Below, in pieces: positions 51,259 through 60,285 of a stretch of 64,000 nucleotides of DNA; the stretch's first letter is position 1; every line of letters begins with the position of its first letter. The notes beneath the pieces were generated by a model. It did no database searches. It was not told the origin of the DNA and worked only from the letters and a program-made list of their open reading frames with translations. Both the position numbers and the translations under genes were made by a program. This DNA is from Candidatus Latescibacterota bacterium (lineage in GTDB: Bacteria; Krumholzibacteriota; Krumholzibacteriia; WVZY01; JAKEHA01): NCBI GenBank assembly GCA_963707635.1, contig OY970173.1, forward strand, positions 2,603,663 to 2,667,662, in the 5' to 3' direction.

Positions 51259-51331
51259 CTTCCCTTGATGCGGTGGTTACCTTCGAATCATCGCTCTCCA
51301 ATCCATCCCCACTCAACCGGAGGTCATCCTG

Positions 51332-51931
51332 ATGAAGTTTAGACGCACCGCGGCGATCCTGCTCGCCGCCCTCGCGCTCACGGCCGCTGCAGCCGGCGCG
51401 CAGACCGATACCTACACGTTCGACCCGGCCCACACGTCCGTGGGCTTCAAGGTCCGACACATGATGATCAACGATGTCAGGGGGACGTTCGACAAGGTCG
51501 ACGGCACGATCGTTTACGACGCAAAGAACATGGCGAACTCGTCGGTCAGCGTCACCATCGAGACCGCCAGCGTGAATACGCGCACCGAGAACCGGGACAA
51601 CGATCTGCGCAGCGACCACTTCTTCGACGCTGCCAATCACCCGACCATCACATTCAAGAGTAAGAAGATCGTGAAGAAGGGCGAGCAGTGGGTCGCCGTC
51701 GGCGACCTGACCATGCGGGGCGTGACCAAGGAGATCGAACTCCCCTTCACCCTGAGCGGACCCGTCAACAACCCGTGGGGCAAGGCCGTGATCGCGGTGT
51801 CCGCGTCGACCGAAATCAACCGGCAGGACTACGGCGTGTCGTGGAACAAGACGCTGGACTCGGGCGGCGTGCTGGTGGGCGACACGGTGAAGATCGAAAT
51901 CGAGGCCGAGGCGCAGAAGCAAGAGCCCTAG
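51332..51931 (+). CDS. yceI: YceI-family periplasmic protein
   Basis: Signal peptide; YTFDPAHTSVGFKVRHMMINDVRGTF...TITFKS... YceI signature; GGAGG RBS. Confidence 0.75.
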   Translation: MKFRRTAAILLAALALTAAAAGAQTDTYTFDPAHTSVGFKVRHMMINDVRGTFDKVDGTIVYDAKNMANSSVSVTIETASVNTRTENRDNDLRSDHFFDAANHPTITFKSKKIVKKGEQWVAVGDLTMRGVTKEIELPFTLSGPVNNPWGKAVIAVSASTEINRQDYGVSWNKTLDSGGVLVGDTVKIEIEAEAQKQEP

Positions 51932-52099
51932 CGGCTCCCGCGCCCGGAAAAGAACGCCTACACGCGCGCCGCGTCCGCTCCACGGGCGCGGCGCGGTCGC
52001 GTTCGGGCGGACCGGAGCGGTCCCGCGAGCGGACGAAAACCGGTGTGGGCCGGTCGAGGGTGGTATAGTTGCTGCAGTACTTGCGTCGAGTGAATCATC

Positions 52100-53200
52100 A
52101 TGCGTGAAATTCTTTCCGCCATCGTCGGGATTCTGAACGAGTCGTCGGCCTACCTGCTGCTGGGGTTTGCGCTCGCGGGTGTGATTCATGTCGTGCTGGG
52201 GCGCCTGCCGCGCCTGACCGCGCAGCTCACCGGGTCCGGGCGGCGGCCGGTGCTGTGGGCGGCGCTCATCGGCGCCCCTATGCCACTGTGCTCGTGCAGC
52301 GTTCTTCCGGCCGCCATGGCGCTGCGGCACCGCGGCGCGAGCAAGGGTGCCACGGCGTCGTTCCTGGTCTCGGTGCCGGAAACCGATATCGTCTCGATCC
52401 TGGTGACGCTGGCATTGCTGGGCCCCTTCATCGCGCTGTATCGCCCACTCGCCGCGATTGCGAGCGCGCTCGCCGTCGGGTTCGTCGTGCGCTGGCTGGA
52501 GAATCGCGAGGTGCGCGCCGCTTCGACCTCCCATGCTGCTTCCGCTTCCGGGCTCGACGCCGCGTGCTGCGACCCGAAGCAGCCCGCCGTGGAGCATGCG
52601 CGCGCGCAGGCAGGGCCGTGGTGGGTGAGGGCATTTCGCTACGGCTTCGTCGAGATGTTCGACGACATCGTTCCGCAATTGCTGCTCGGCATCGTGCTCG
52701 CCGGCATCATCGGGACGTGGCTGCCGGAGATCGACCCCGGCCAGTTCCGAGGCGGGACGTTCATGTCGTACCTCGTCATGGTCGCCATCGGCGTGCCGTT
52801 GTACGTGTGCGCGGCCGCGTCGACGCCGATCGCCGCAGGGCTGATCGCGGGCGGCGTGAGCCCGGGCGCCGCGATGGTCTTCCTGCTGGCCGGACCCGCC
52901 ACCAACATCGCCAGCCTGATCGTGGTCCGCGGCGAGTTTGGAAACCGGATCTTCGCCGGGTACCTGGGCGCGCTCGTGCTGGCCAGCGTCGGCGCCGGCG
53001 CGCTGCTGGACTGGGTGCTGGGGAGCGCGAGCATCCCCGCGGCCGCGCCGGCCCATGTGCACGCAACGGGCTCGCGGGCGGCGATCGCGTTCACGATCGT
53101 GTTTCTCCTGTGGTCGGTCGTCAGCGCCTATCGTTCCCGGCTGCTCCCGCGCACCTGGGTCACGATCACGCGCGCGGCCGGGAGGCTCTCGCCGCGGTGA
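52100..53200 (+). CDS. DUF318/SO_0444-family permease (putative metal transporter)
   Basis: Two-fold repeated TM architecture with PMPLCSCSVLP motif characteristic of this permease family. Confidence 0.65.
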   Translation: MREILSAIVGILNESSAYLLLGFALAGVIHVVLGRLPRLTAQLTGSGRRPVLWAALIGAPMPLCSCSVLPAAMALRHRGASKGATASFLVSVPETDIVSILVTLALLGPFIALYRPLAAIASALAVGFVVRWLENREVRAASTSHAASASGLDAACCDPKQPAVEHARAQAGPWWVRAFRYGFVEMFDDIVPQLLLGIVLAGIIGTWLPEIDPGQFRGGTFMSYLVMVAIGVPLYVCAAASTPIAAGLIAGGVSPGAAMVFLLAGPATNIASLIVVRGEFGNRIFAGYLGALVLASVGAGALLDWVLGSASIPAAAPAHVHATGSRAAIAFTIVFLLWSVVSAYRSRLLPRTWVTITRAAGRLSPR

Positions 53201-53232
53201 GGTATCACTTGACACCCGGAATTGAAACCAAG

Positions 53233-53547
53233 ATGCTTCACCTCGTGACTCACGGGCGGACCCATATTCGCCTGCTGACGGCGATCGCCGCCGTGCTCGT
53301 GCTGGCGGTCGCGCCGGCACTCCACGCCGCCCATGGACACGACGCGTCCGTCGCGGGCCACGTGCATGCGCCGTGCGCGGCTTGTCAGATTCATGCGCCC
53401 GTGGCCACACCGCCGCAAGCCGCTTGCGGGTTGCTGGCGGTCTCGTTCTCCAACCACGTTCTCCCGACGCCCGACGTTACCTTGCCCGCATCGATGCGAC
53501 CCGCCCCCAACGCGTGTCGCGCTCCTCCTGTTTTCGTCGCTATCTGA
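53233..53547 (+). CDS. small His-rich membrane-anchored/secreted protein (candidate metal-binding)
   Basis: In-frame ATG inside long noise ORF 52255..53547; MLHLVTHGRTHIRLLTAIAAVLVLAVAPALHAAHGHDASVAGHVHAPCAACQIHAP...; protein-like only from this ATG. Confidence 0.4.
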   Translation: MLHLVTHGRTHIRLLTAIAAVLVLAVAPALHAAHGHDASVAGHVHAPCAACQIHAPVATPPQAACGLLAVSFSNHVLPTPDVTLPASMRPAPNACRAPPVFVAI

Positions 53548-53663
53548 CTCATCGTTGCCGCTTCCGGCATCGCGCCGGACGGTGGTTTGGTCATTCGCGC
53601 CGCGACGCATTCACGCGTATCGCGTGCGGGAAGGTTCCATGAGTTCAAGGAGGCAACGTCCTC

Positions 53664-54797
53664 ATGATGCGACGATTCTCATTCCTGATGCTTTTGATAG
53701 CGACGGCCGGCACGCCGTCTTTCGCCGGGGTTGTGAACCCCAACATTTCGGTGATCGGACAACCGTTCATTCATTGGACGGATGACTCGTCGGACCCGTC
53801 CCACGACCGGGCGGTGCTGGATCCCGGCGAAGTCGAGCTCATGTTCGACGCCTATCTGAATCCGTACGCCAGCGGCACGTTCGTGATGGCGCTCGGCGAA
53901 GAGGGGATGGAACTGGAGGAGGGCTACTTCCAGCTCTTCCGCGGACTCCCGGGGGGGCTCGCGCTCAAGGGCGGGCAGTACCGGCTGGGATTCGGCAAGT
54001 TGAACCCGGTGCATCCCCACGCCTACCCGTTTGCCGATCGCTTCCGCGTGCTCGCGAATTACCTCCCGGGCGAAGAGTCGTTCGACGAGCCAGCTTTGCA
54101 GCTTTCGGAACGAATTCCCGCTCCGGGCGAATTCTCGCTCATCGCATCGGCCGACTGGCTGCAGGGCGATTCCTTCCGGATCGAGCGGGAGCCGAGCGGG
54201 GCGGGCAACGATCCTCTGGTCTCCAGCGACGGGGACGACTTCGACGCAACACGCGCCGCCGTTCTCGGTCGCCTGTCCGGATTCGCAGGCATCGGTGACC
54301 GCTCCGGTCTCGAGGTCGGCGCCTCGGGGACGCAGGGTACCAACAACGTGGCCGCCGGCACCCACACCACGGTGTTCGGCGCCGACGCCAAGGCCAAGTT
54401 GTGGACCGCGCCGTCCGCCTATCTCGTCCTGCAGGGAGAATTCCTGCACCAGGAGTTGGAAGTCGCCGGCTGGGACTCGACCGCCGCTTCATACACAACC
54501 GACAAGGTCGCGTCCAACGGCGGCTACCTGTACGCAGACTACAATTTCAAGACACGCTACAACCTGGGCGGCGGCTACGAGCGTTACCAGGAGCCGATCG
54601 CAGATGGTCCATGGGACCAGGCCTTCAAGGCGTGGGTCGGCTTTGCCCTGCTCGAAGAGACCACCGCTTTTCGGCTGGACTGGGATCATTTTTCGCCCGG
54701 CACACCGACTGGTGCGACCGAGTCGCCCGAAGCCATCAACACGGTCACGCTGCGCGTGATCTTTTCCATGGGGCCGCACAAGGCCCACCAGTTCTAA
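53664..54797 (+). CDS. outer-membrane porin-like beta-barrel protein
   Basis: AAGGAGG RBS; signal peptide MMRRFSFLMLLIATAGTPSFA; beta-rich; C-terminal ...GPHKAHQF (terminal Phe). Confidence 0.6.
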   Translation: MMRRFSFLMLLIATAGTPSFAGVVNPNISVIGQPFIHWTDDSSDPSHDRAVLDPGEVELMFDAYLNPYASGTFVMALGEEGMELEEGYFQLFRGLPGGLALKGGQYRLGFGKLNPVHPHAYPFADRFRVLANYLPGEESFDEPALQLSERIPAPGEFSLIASADWLQGDSFRIEREPSGAGNDPLVSSDGDDFDATRAAVLGRLSGFAGIGDRSGLEVGASGTQGTNNVAAGTHTTVFGADAKAKLWTAPSAYLVLQGEFLHQELEVAGWDSTAASYTTDKVASNGGYLYADYNFKTRYNLGGGYERYQEPIADGPWDQAFKAWVGFALLEETTAFRLDWDHFSPGTPTGATESPEAINTVTLRVIFSMGPHKAHQF

Positions 54798-54810
54798 CAG
54801 GAGGCACATC

Positions 54811-55704
54811 GTGTTCAGTCGATCTCTCATAATCTGCACGCTCCTGGTCGGGCTCGCCCTTCCGGGCACAGCTTCGGCCAAGATCAAAGTGGCCGCCTCC
54901 ATCAACGACCTCGCTTCGATTGCGAGCAGCGTCGGCGGCGACAACATCGAATGTTTTGCGATCTCAAAGCCGAACTCAGACGTCCATCGCGTGGACGTCC
55001 TGCCTTCGTACATGGTCAAGGTGTCGCGGGCGCAGGTCTATCTCAAGGTCGGCCTAGGCCTGGACCAGTGGGCGGACGGCATCATCGACGGTTCCCGCAA
55101 CGAACACCTGGCCGTCGTCGATTGCGCAGAAAACGTGCCCGTGCTCGAAAAGCCCACCGGCGCGGTGACCGCCCTGATGGGGGACGTTCACCCGTTCGGC
55201 AACCCGCACTACTGGCTCGACCCGCGCAACGGCGGAATCATTGCGCGCAACATCGCCGAGGGACTGGCCAAGGTCGATCCGGATCACGCCGACGTCTATC
55301 GCGCGAACGCCGAAGCGTTCGCGAAGCAGGCGGAGGACGCGTACGCCCGCGACAAAGCCATCGCCGACGGCCTGCCCAACAAGGCCATGATCACGTACCA
55401 CCGTTCGTGGTCATATCTCGGCAATGCGTTCGGAATTGAGATCGTCGGCGAAGCGGAACCGGTCCCCGGCATCCCGCCGACCGGCAAGCACCTCGCGGAG
55501 CTCGTCGGAATCGTGAAGGCACAGAAGGTTCCGCTGTTTCTACAAGAGCCGTATTTTTCCAACGACGCGGGTGAGTTCCTGACCCGCGAGGGCGGCCTCC
55601 GCGTGGTGGTCATGTCCCCGTCCTGCGACTCACCCGCGGCGGGGAGTTACCTCGCGCATTTTGAACAGGTGATAAACGCACTCGCGAACACGAAGAAAGG
55701 GTAA
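54811..55704 (+). CDS. metal ABC transporter substrate-binding protein (ZnuA/TroA cluster-9 family)
   Basis: GTG start after AGGAGG; signal peptide; ...VHPFGNPHYWLDP...ITYHRSWSYL... cluster-9 SBP pattern. Confidence 0.75.
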   Translation: MFSRSLIICTLLVGLALPGTASAKIKVAASINDLASIASSVGGDNIECFAISKPNSDVHRVDVLPSYMVKVSRAQVYLKVGLGLDQWADGIIDGSRNEHLAVVDCAENVPVLEKPTGAVTALMGDVHPFGNPHYWLDPRNGGIIARNIAEGLAKVDPDHADVYRANAEAFAKQAEDAYARDKAIADGLPNKAMITYHRSWSYLGNAFGIEIVGEAEPVPGIPPTGKHLAELVGIVKAQKVPLFLQEPYFSNDAGEFLTREGGLRVVVMSPSCDSPAAGSYLAHFEQVINALANTKKG

Positions 55705-55713
55705 TGAACACTC

Positions 55714-56562
55714 ATGACCGAAGCCTTCGCGCTGCCATTCTTTCGAACCGCGGTGATCGTCGCCCTCGTGCTGGCGGGCATTCACGCGTATCTGGGTTTT
55801 CACATCGTCCGCCGCGGGGTTCTGTTCGTAGACCTCGCCCTTGCTCAAATGGCGGCGCTCGGGGTGGCCGTATCCGTCGCGCTTCACCTCGAACACAACG
55901 GGGCGGCTTCGTACCTGTTGGCCCTCGGGATGACGTTCGTCGGCGCGGCTGCCTTTGCCTGGCTGCGCGGGCGGTCGCGAAACATTCCGCTGGAGGCCTT
56001 CATTGGCATCGTGTTCGCCACGGCGCAGGCGATGGTGTTTCTGGTGCTGGAGAAGAGCCCCTCCGGCCCGGAGCACCTCAAGGAGACGCTCGTCGGGTCC
56101 ATCTTCACCGTCGATCCGAAGCACGTCGCTCGCGTCGCGATGCTCTACGCTGCGATCGGACTCGTGCACATCCTTCTGCGAAAGCCGTTCTTCGAGATTA
56201 CGAACGATCCCGTCGTCGCCGAGGCCCGCGGACGCCGCCTGTTCGTGTGGGACCTGCTGTTCTACGCGACCTTCGGGTTCGTGGTGACGTCGTCCGTGCA
56301 GATGGCTGGCGTGTTGCTGGTATTCGGGTTCCTCGTGATACCGGCGGTGGCCGGGCTGATCGCGACGTCGCGAACAGGCCCGGCGTTGGCCGTCGGATGG
56401 ATCTTCGGCTTCGTCGCGAGCGTGGCGGGATTGATCGGCTCGGTGGCTCTTGACCTCCCCGCCGCACCGAGCATTCTCGTCACGCTCACGGGACTGTTGT
56501 GCATCATGGGGCTTGCTATCGCCTTGTTTCGGAGGCTGCGATCAGGGAGGGTCGGCAGCTGA
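55714..56562 (+). CDS. metal ABC transporter permease (ZnuB/TroC family)
   Basis: 8-TM permease with conserved GxxLxxALxxPAA-like region; no cognate ATPase adjacent. Confidence 0.75.
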   Translation: MTEAFALPFFRTAVIVALVLAGIHAYLGFHIVRRGVLFVDLALAQMAALGVAVSVALHLEHNGAASYLLALGMTFVGAAAFAWLRGRSRNIPLEAFIGIVFATAQAMVFLVLEKSPSGPEHLKETLVGSIFTVDPKHVARVAMLYAAIGLVHILLRKPFFEITNDPVVAEARGRRLFVWDLLFYATFGFVVTSSVQMAGVLLVFGFLVIPAVAGLIATSRTGPALAVGWIFGFVASVAGLIGSVALDLPAAPSILVTLTGLLCIMGLAIALFRRLRSGRVGS

Positions 56563-56592
56563 CCGTGGAACAGCGGTCGATTCGCCCGGTTA

Positions 56593-58251
56593 TTACTGGC
56601 GCGTCAAAATACCGTACTTCCGGATCTTCAGGTGGAGCTGCTGGCGGCTGATGTCGAGGGCCTTGGCGGTGGCGGTGACGTTGTTCTGATTCTCGGCGAG
56701 CACCCGCCGGATGACGCGCTCTTCGAACCCGTCGACCTGAGCCTCCAGCGCGGCGGCCGATGGCTCGTCGGCCTGCGACTCACGCTGGCCTCCGCCGAAA
56801 AACCGCTCCAGGTCCCGGCTGTGGATGACACGGTCGTCGCCCCGGAACGCATACGCCGATTCCATCGCGTTCTTGAGCTCGCGCACGTTTCCGGGCCATC
56901 GCGCGTCGCGGATCATCGCGGCCGCATCGCGCGACAATCTGGGGTGGGGCTGTCCCTCTTCCTCCGCGAAGCGGCCCAGAAAGTATTCCGCCAGCGGAAT
57001 GATGTCTTCGCGCCGTTCGCGAAGCGGGGGTAACGTGACGCGAACGACGTTCAGTCGGTGGTACAGATCCTCCCGGAACCGCCCCTTCTCCATCGCGCCC
57101 TTCAAGCCCTGGTTGGTGGCCGCGACAATGCGAACGTCGACTTTGCGCACGCGCCCCTCTTCACCCAGGCGCGTTATCTCGCCGTTTTCCAACACGCGTA
57201 GGAGCTTTGCCTGGATATCGAGCGGCATGTCGCCGATCTCGTCCAGGAAGAGCGTGCCTCCGTCGGCGATCTCGAACACACCCGGTTTGTCGTAGTCGGC
57301 GCCGGTGAAAGCCCCCTTGCGATGCCCAAAAAGCAGACTCTCGACGAGCGTCGCCGGCATGTTGGCGCAATTCTGGGCCGCGAACGGACCGCCGCTGCGC
57401 GTGCTCCTATCGTGGATCGCACGAGCGAGCACATCCTTGCCAGTACCAGTCTCCCCCTCTATCAAGACCGTGCTGTCGCGCGGTGCGATCGTCACCACGG
57501 TCTCAAAGACCTCGAGCATGCGCTTGTTCTTGCTGATCATGCCCGACATCGCAAACTGCCGGGAGAGCTGTTCGCGCAGCATCAGGTTCTGCCCCTCGAG
57601 CTGGTCGCGCTGGCTCCTGATCTCCCCGTGGCGGCGTGCATTCTCGACCGCCTGAGCGGCCTGGGCGCTGAATGCACGCAGCATCTTCCGATCCGTCTCT
57701 ACAAACTTCGGGACGATACGCCCGCTGTCCGCGTAAATGACGCCGATCAGTTCGTTCTTGTAGACGAGCGGAAGGCACACGGCGGCAAGGATCCTCTGTT
57801 CGTGGATACTGCCGGTGGTGACGTGCTCGAGGTCGGTCTCGATGTACGGCTCGCGCGTATCGACGACCCCGTCGCGAATCGAGCGGCTGGTCGCCCGGGC
57901 GCTCTCTTCGTCCCAGTCCTGGTTGTCGCGCCGTCGACCCGTGAAGGTCGAAAAGGACCCGTCCGACTCGCGCAGCATGACGAATCCGCGTTCGCAACGG
58001 GTCACGCGGATGATCCCGTCCACGATGTGGTCGAGGATGTCCTTGAGGTCGAGTGTGGAAGCCAGCGAAACCGCCACGTCCAGAAGATCGTCGTAGCGGC
58101 GCTGGGGCTCGATCCCAGCCGTCGTGACGGGCGCCGGGATCGGCTCCGCGGGGCGCTTGGCCGTCCGCAACGCACTCTCCAAGACACGAAATTCGGCGAG
58201 CGGGTCCCGGGCGGGCGGGGCCTTCTTCGGCTTCCTGGGAGAAGAGGCCAT
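56593..58251 (-). CDS. sigma54-dependent Fis-family transcriptional activator with N-terminal GAF domain
   Basis: ATG comp. 58249-58251; GAF-like N-domain; AAA+ sigma54-interaction motifs GETGTGKD, GAFTGA, ESLLFGH-like, C-terminal Fis HTH; track ORF 5' extension is noise. Extended -10 TGCTAGAAT 7 nt upstream (leaderless). Confidence 0.8.
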   Translation of the reverse strand: MASSPRKPKKAPPARDPLAEFRVLESALRTAKRPAEPIPAPVTTAGIEPQRRYDDLLDVAVSLASTLDLKDILDHIVDGIIRVTRCERGFVMLRESDGSFSTFTGRRRDNQDWDEESARATSRSIRDGVVDTREPYIETDLEHVTTGSIHEQRILAAVCLPLVYKNELIGVIYADSGRIVPKFVETDRKMLRAFSAQAAQAVENARRHGEIRSQRDQLEGQNLMLREQLSRQFAMSGMISKNKRMLEVFETVVTIAPRDSTVLIEGETGTGKDVLARAIHDRSTRSGGPFAAQNCANMPATLVESLLFGHRKGAFTGADYDKPGVFEIADGGTLFLDEIGDMPLDIQAKLLRVLENGEITRLGEEGRVRKVDVRIVAATNQGLKGAMEKGRFREDLYHRLNVVRVTLPPLRERREDIIPLAEYFLGRFAEEEGQPHPRLSRDAAAMIRDARWPGNVRELKNAMESAYAFRGDDRVIHSRDLERFFGGGQRESQADEPSAAALEAQVDGFEERVIRRVLAENQNNVTATAKALDISRQQLHLKIRKYGILTRQ

Positions 58252-58300
58252 CGCGTCGATTCTAGCACACCCGGAGAACGATGCGTCCGTGGCGTTCGGC

Positions 58301-58334
58301 GACAAAAAGAAGAGCCCGCGTTCTGCGGGCTCTT
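58301..58334 (-). terminator. rho-independent terminator after small peptide gene (minus strand)
   Basis: On minus strand AAGAGCCCGC-AGAAC-GCGGGCUCUU followed by CUUUUUGUC. Confidence 0.65.
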
Positions 58335-58481
58335 CTCCGCGTGAGTCTCCCCGGCATCTTACAGCCGTCGCCTCACGCGGGCTGCGAGCCACTCGAGTTC
58401 TGGTAACTTGGGCGCCGTCCGTTGCGGCAACCGCCAGGATTCGCTATCCTACGCGCTCCCGGCGGTGGCTCGGTCTCGGGA

Positions 58482-58601
58482 CTACTTGCCCCAGGTGCTG
58501 TTGCCCCAGGTGCTGTTGCCCATGACACCCCAGATGCTCTTGCCAAACAGGGCCAGGACACCGAGGATCAGCGAGAAGTTCGAAAGAATAGTGAATCGCA
58601 T
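58482..58601 (-). CDS. small (39 aa) membrane peptide with tandem GNSTW repeat
   Basis: ATG comp. 58599-58601 with GGGAGG 8 nt upstream; MRFTILSNFSLILGVLALFGKSIWGVMGNSTWGNSTWGK; C-terminus encoded by perfect 15-bp tandem duplication (58488-58517); own sigma54 promoter and terminator. Confidence 0.45.
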   Translation of the reverse strand: MRFTILSNFSLILGVLALFGKSIWGVMGNSTWGNSTWGK

Positions 58602-58694
58602 GGCGTTGCCTCCCGTTAGTTTTCTCTCGTCGATTCGATCGGCTGGGGGATCGTTTCGCTTCGCTCCCGCTTTCGCCGCTTGGTTCCCTGTAAT

Positions 58695-58710
58695 GGCAAC
58701 CGGTGTACCA
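58695..58710 (-). promoter_or_regulatory. sigma54 (-24/-12) promoter candidate
   Basis: On minus strand TGGTAC-ACCGG-TTGCC (consensus TGGCAC-N5-TTGCW; GG and GC correctly spaced) about 85 nt upstream of the peptide ATG. Confidence 0.5.
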
Positions 58711-58905
58711 TACGGGCGGATAATTCCGATCAATCTCCTAACGTGTTCGTTCACAGCGTGTTATTCCCGGTGGTGTGCGGAAGTCCCTCGTAGTTCCGCC
58801 CACGGACCTGGGGGAGATTGTAAGGATTTGCTGACAGGTAGATCTCGATGGTTCATCGGCATATCCTCGTAACAAGAAGTAACTAATAGCAATACGGAGT
58901 GTAAA

Positions 58906-60285
58906 ATGAGCCTTACACCGGTATGTCGGGATTTCGGAACGGTTCCCACCCGTTGGGTCAGGTGCACCCTCGCCGCGGGGGTGCTTCTTCTCGGCCTGGT
59001 GGGAAACTCCGAAGCCCGGGAGATCTTCCCCTTCCCGATGACCTCGCGCGTGCTCGACAACGGCCTGACCCTGGTCATGGTGCCGTTCGACAGCCCGGGC
59101 ATCGTCGCCTACTACACGATCGTGCGGGCAGGTTCCCGCAACGAGGTGGAGCCCGGCAAGTCGGGCTTCGCGCATTTCTTCGAACACATGATGTTCCGCG
59201 GCACCGATCGGTACTCGGGCCCCGAGTTCGGCGCCCTGTTCCGCCGGCTCGGCAGCGATCCCAACGCCTACACGTCCGACGACGTCACCGTCTACCACGC
59301 GCTGATCGGGCGCGACGGTATCGAGTCGGTGATCGACGCGGAATCGGATCGATTCATGAACCTCAAGTATTCCGAGTCCGACTTCAGGCAGGAGTCGAAG
59401 GCGGTGCTCGGCGAGTACAACAAGAACTACTCGGACCCGGAGAACAAGTTGTACGAGAAGGTGCGCGACACGGCCTACACGACCCACACCTACCGGCACA
59501 CGACCATGGGATTCCTCGACGATATCCAGGCCATGCCGGACCAGTATGCGTACAGCCTCGAGTTCTTCCGGCACTTCTACACCCCGTCGAACTGCGTGGT
59601 GCTGGTGGTCGGTGACATCGATCCGGAGCGCACCTTTCAGCTCGTGAAGAAGTACTACGGGGCGTGGGCGGTGCCCCCGTTCCAACCCGACATCCCGGTG
59701 GAGCCGGCGCAGACGGAACCGAGGTCCGCGCACATCGACTGGCAGAACGCGACGCTCCCGTATGTCGCGGTCGCGTTCAAGATTCCCGCCTTCAGCGCCA
59801 GGACCCGAGATTCCGCCGCGCTCGACGTGCTCGCCGCTTTACTCTTTGACGAAACCAGCCCCCTCTACCAGGCGCTGGTCATCCAGGAGCAGAAGGTGGA
59901 CGAGTTGAGCGTGTACGCGCCGTTTCGCCGGGACCCCGGGCTCTTCCTGGTGCTGGCGCGGGTCAAGGACGCGGCGGACGTCGCGATGGTCCGTGACCGC
60001 ATCTACCAGACGGCCGACGAGGCGTCGCGGTCGACGGTCGACGCCGCGAAGCTGGCAGCGGTAAAGTCGAACATCCGGTATTCGTTCGCGATGAGTCTCG
60101 ACACCGCCCGCTCGGTGGCGGGGCACCTGACCCGCTTCATCGGGCTCACCGGGGACCCGTCGAGCATCAACGAGATGTATCAGAGCTACGATGAGGTCAC
60201 GCCCGACGATCTCAAGCGCGTCGCGGCCGCGTACCTCACCCGCCCCCGGAGCACCGAGGTCACCCTGTCGGGAGGTGCCCAGTGA
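58906..60285 (+). CDS. M16-family zinc peptidase (insulinase/pitrilysin-like), active subunit
   Basis: GGAG RBS; HFFEHMMFRGT inverted zinc-binding HxxEH motif. Confidence 0.8.
   Translation: MSLTPVCRDFGTVPTRWVRCTLAAGVLLLGLVGNSEAREIFPFPMTSRVLDNGLTLVMVPFDSPGIVAYYTIVRAGSRNEVEPGKSGFAHFFEHMMFRGTDRYSGPEFGALFRRLGSDPNAYTSDDVTVYHALIGRDGIESVIDAESDRFMNLKYSESDFRQESKAVLGEYNKNYSDPENKLYEKVRDTAYTTHTYRHTTMGFLDDIQAMPDQYAYSLEFFRHFYTPSNCVVLVVGDIDPERTFQLVKKYYGAWAVPPFQPDIPVEPAQTEPRSAHIDWQNATLPYVAVAFKIPAFSARTRDSAALDVLAALLFDETSPLYQALVIQEQKVDELSVYAPFRRDPGLFLVLARVKDAADVAMVRDRIYQTADEASRSTVDAAKLAAVKSNIRYSFAMSLDTARSVAGHLTRFIGLTGDPSSINEMYQSYDEVTPDDLKRVAAAYLTRPRSTEVTLSGGAQ

Noticed and set aside
52255-53232. 5' 325 codons of the 430-aa ORF 52255..53547
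   Set aside because: This is an out-of-frame overlap of the DUF318 permease gene with an Arg-rich translation; only the last 104 codons (from ATG 53233) look protein-like.
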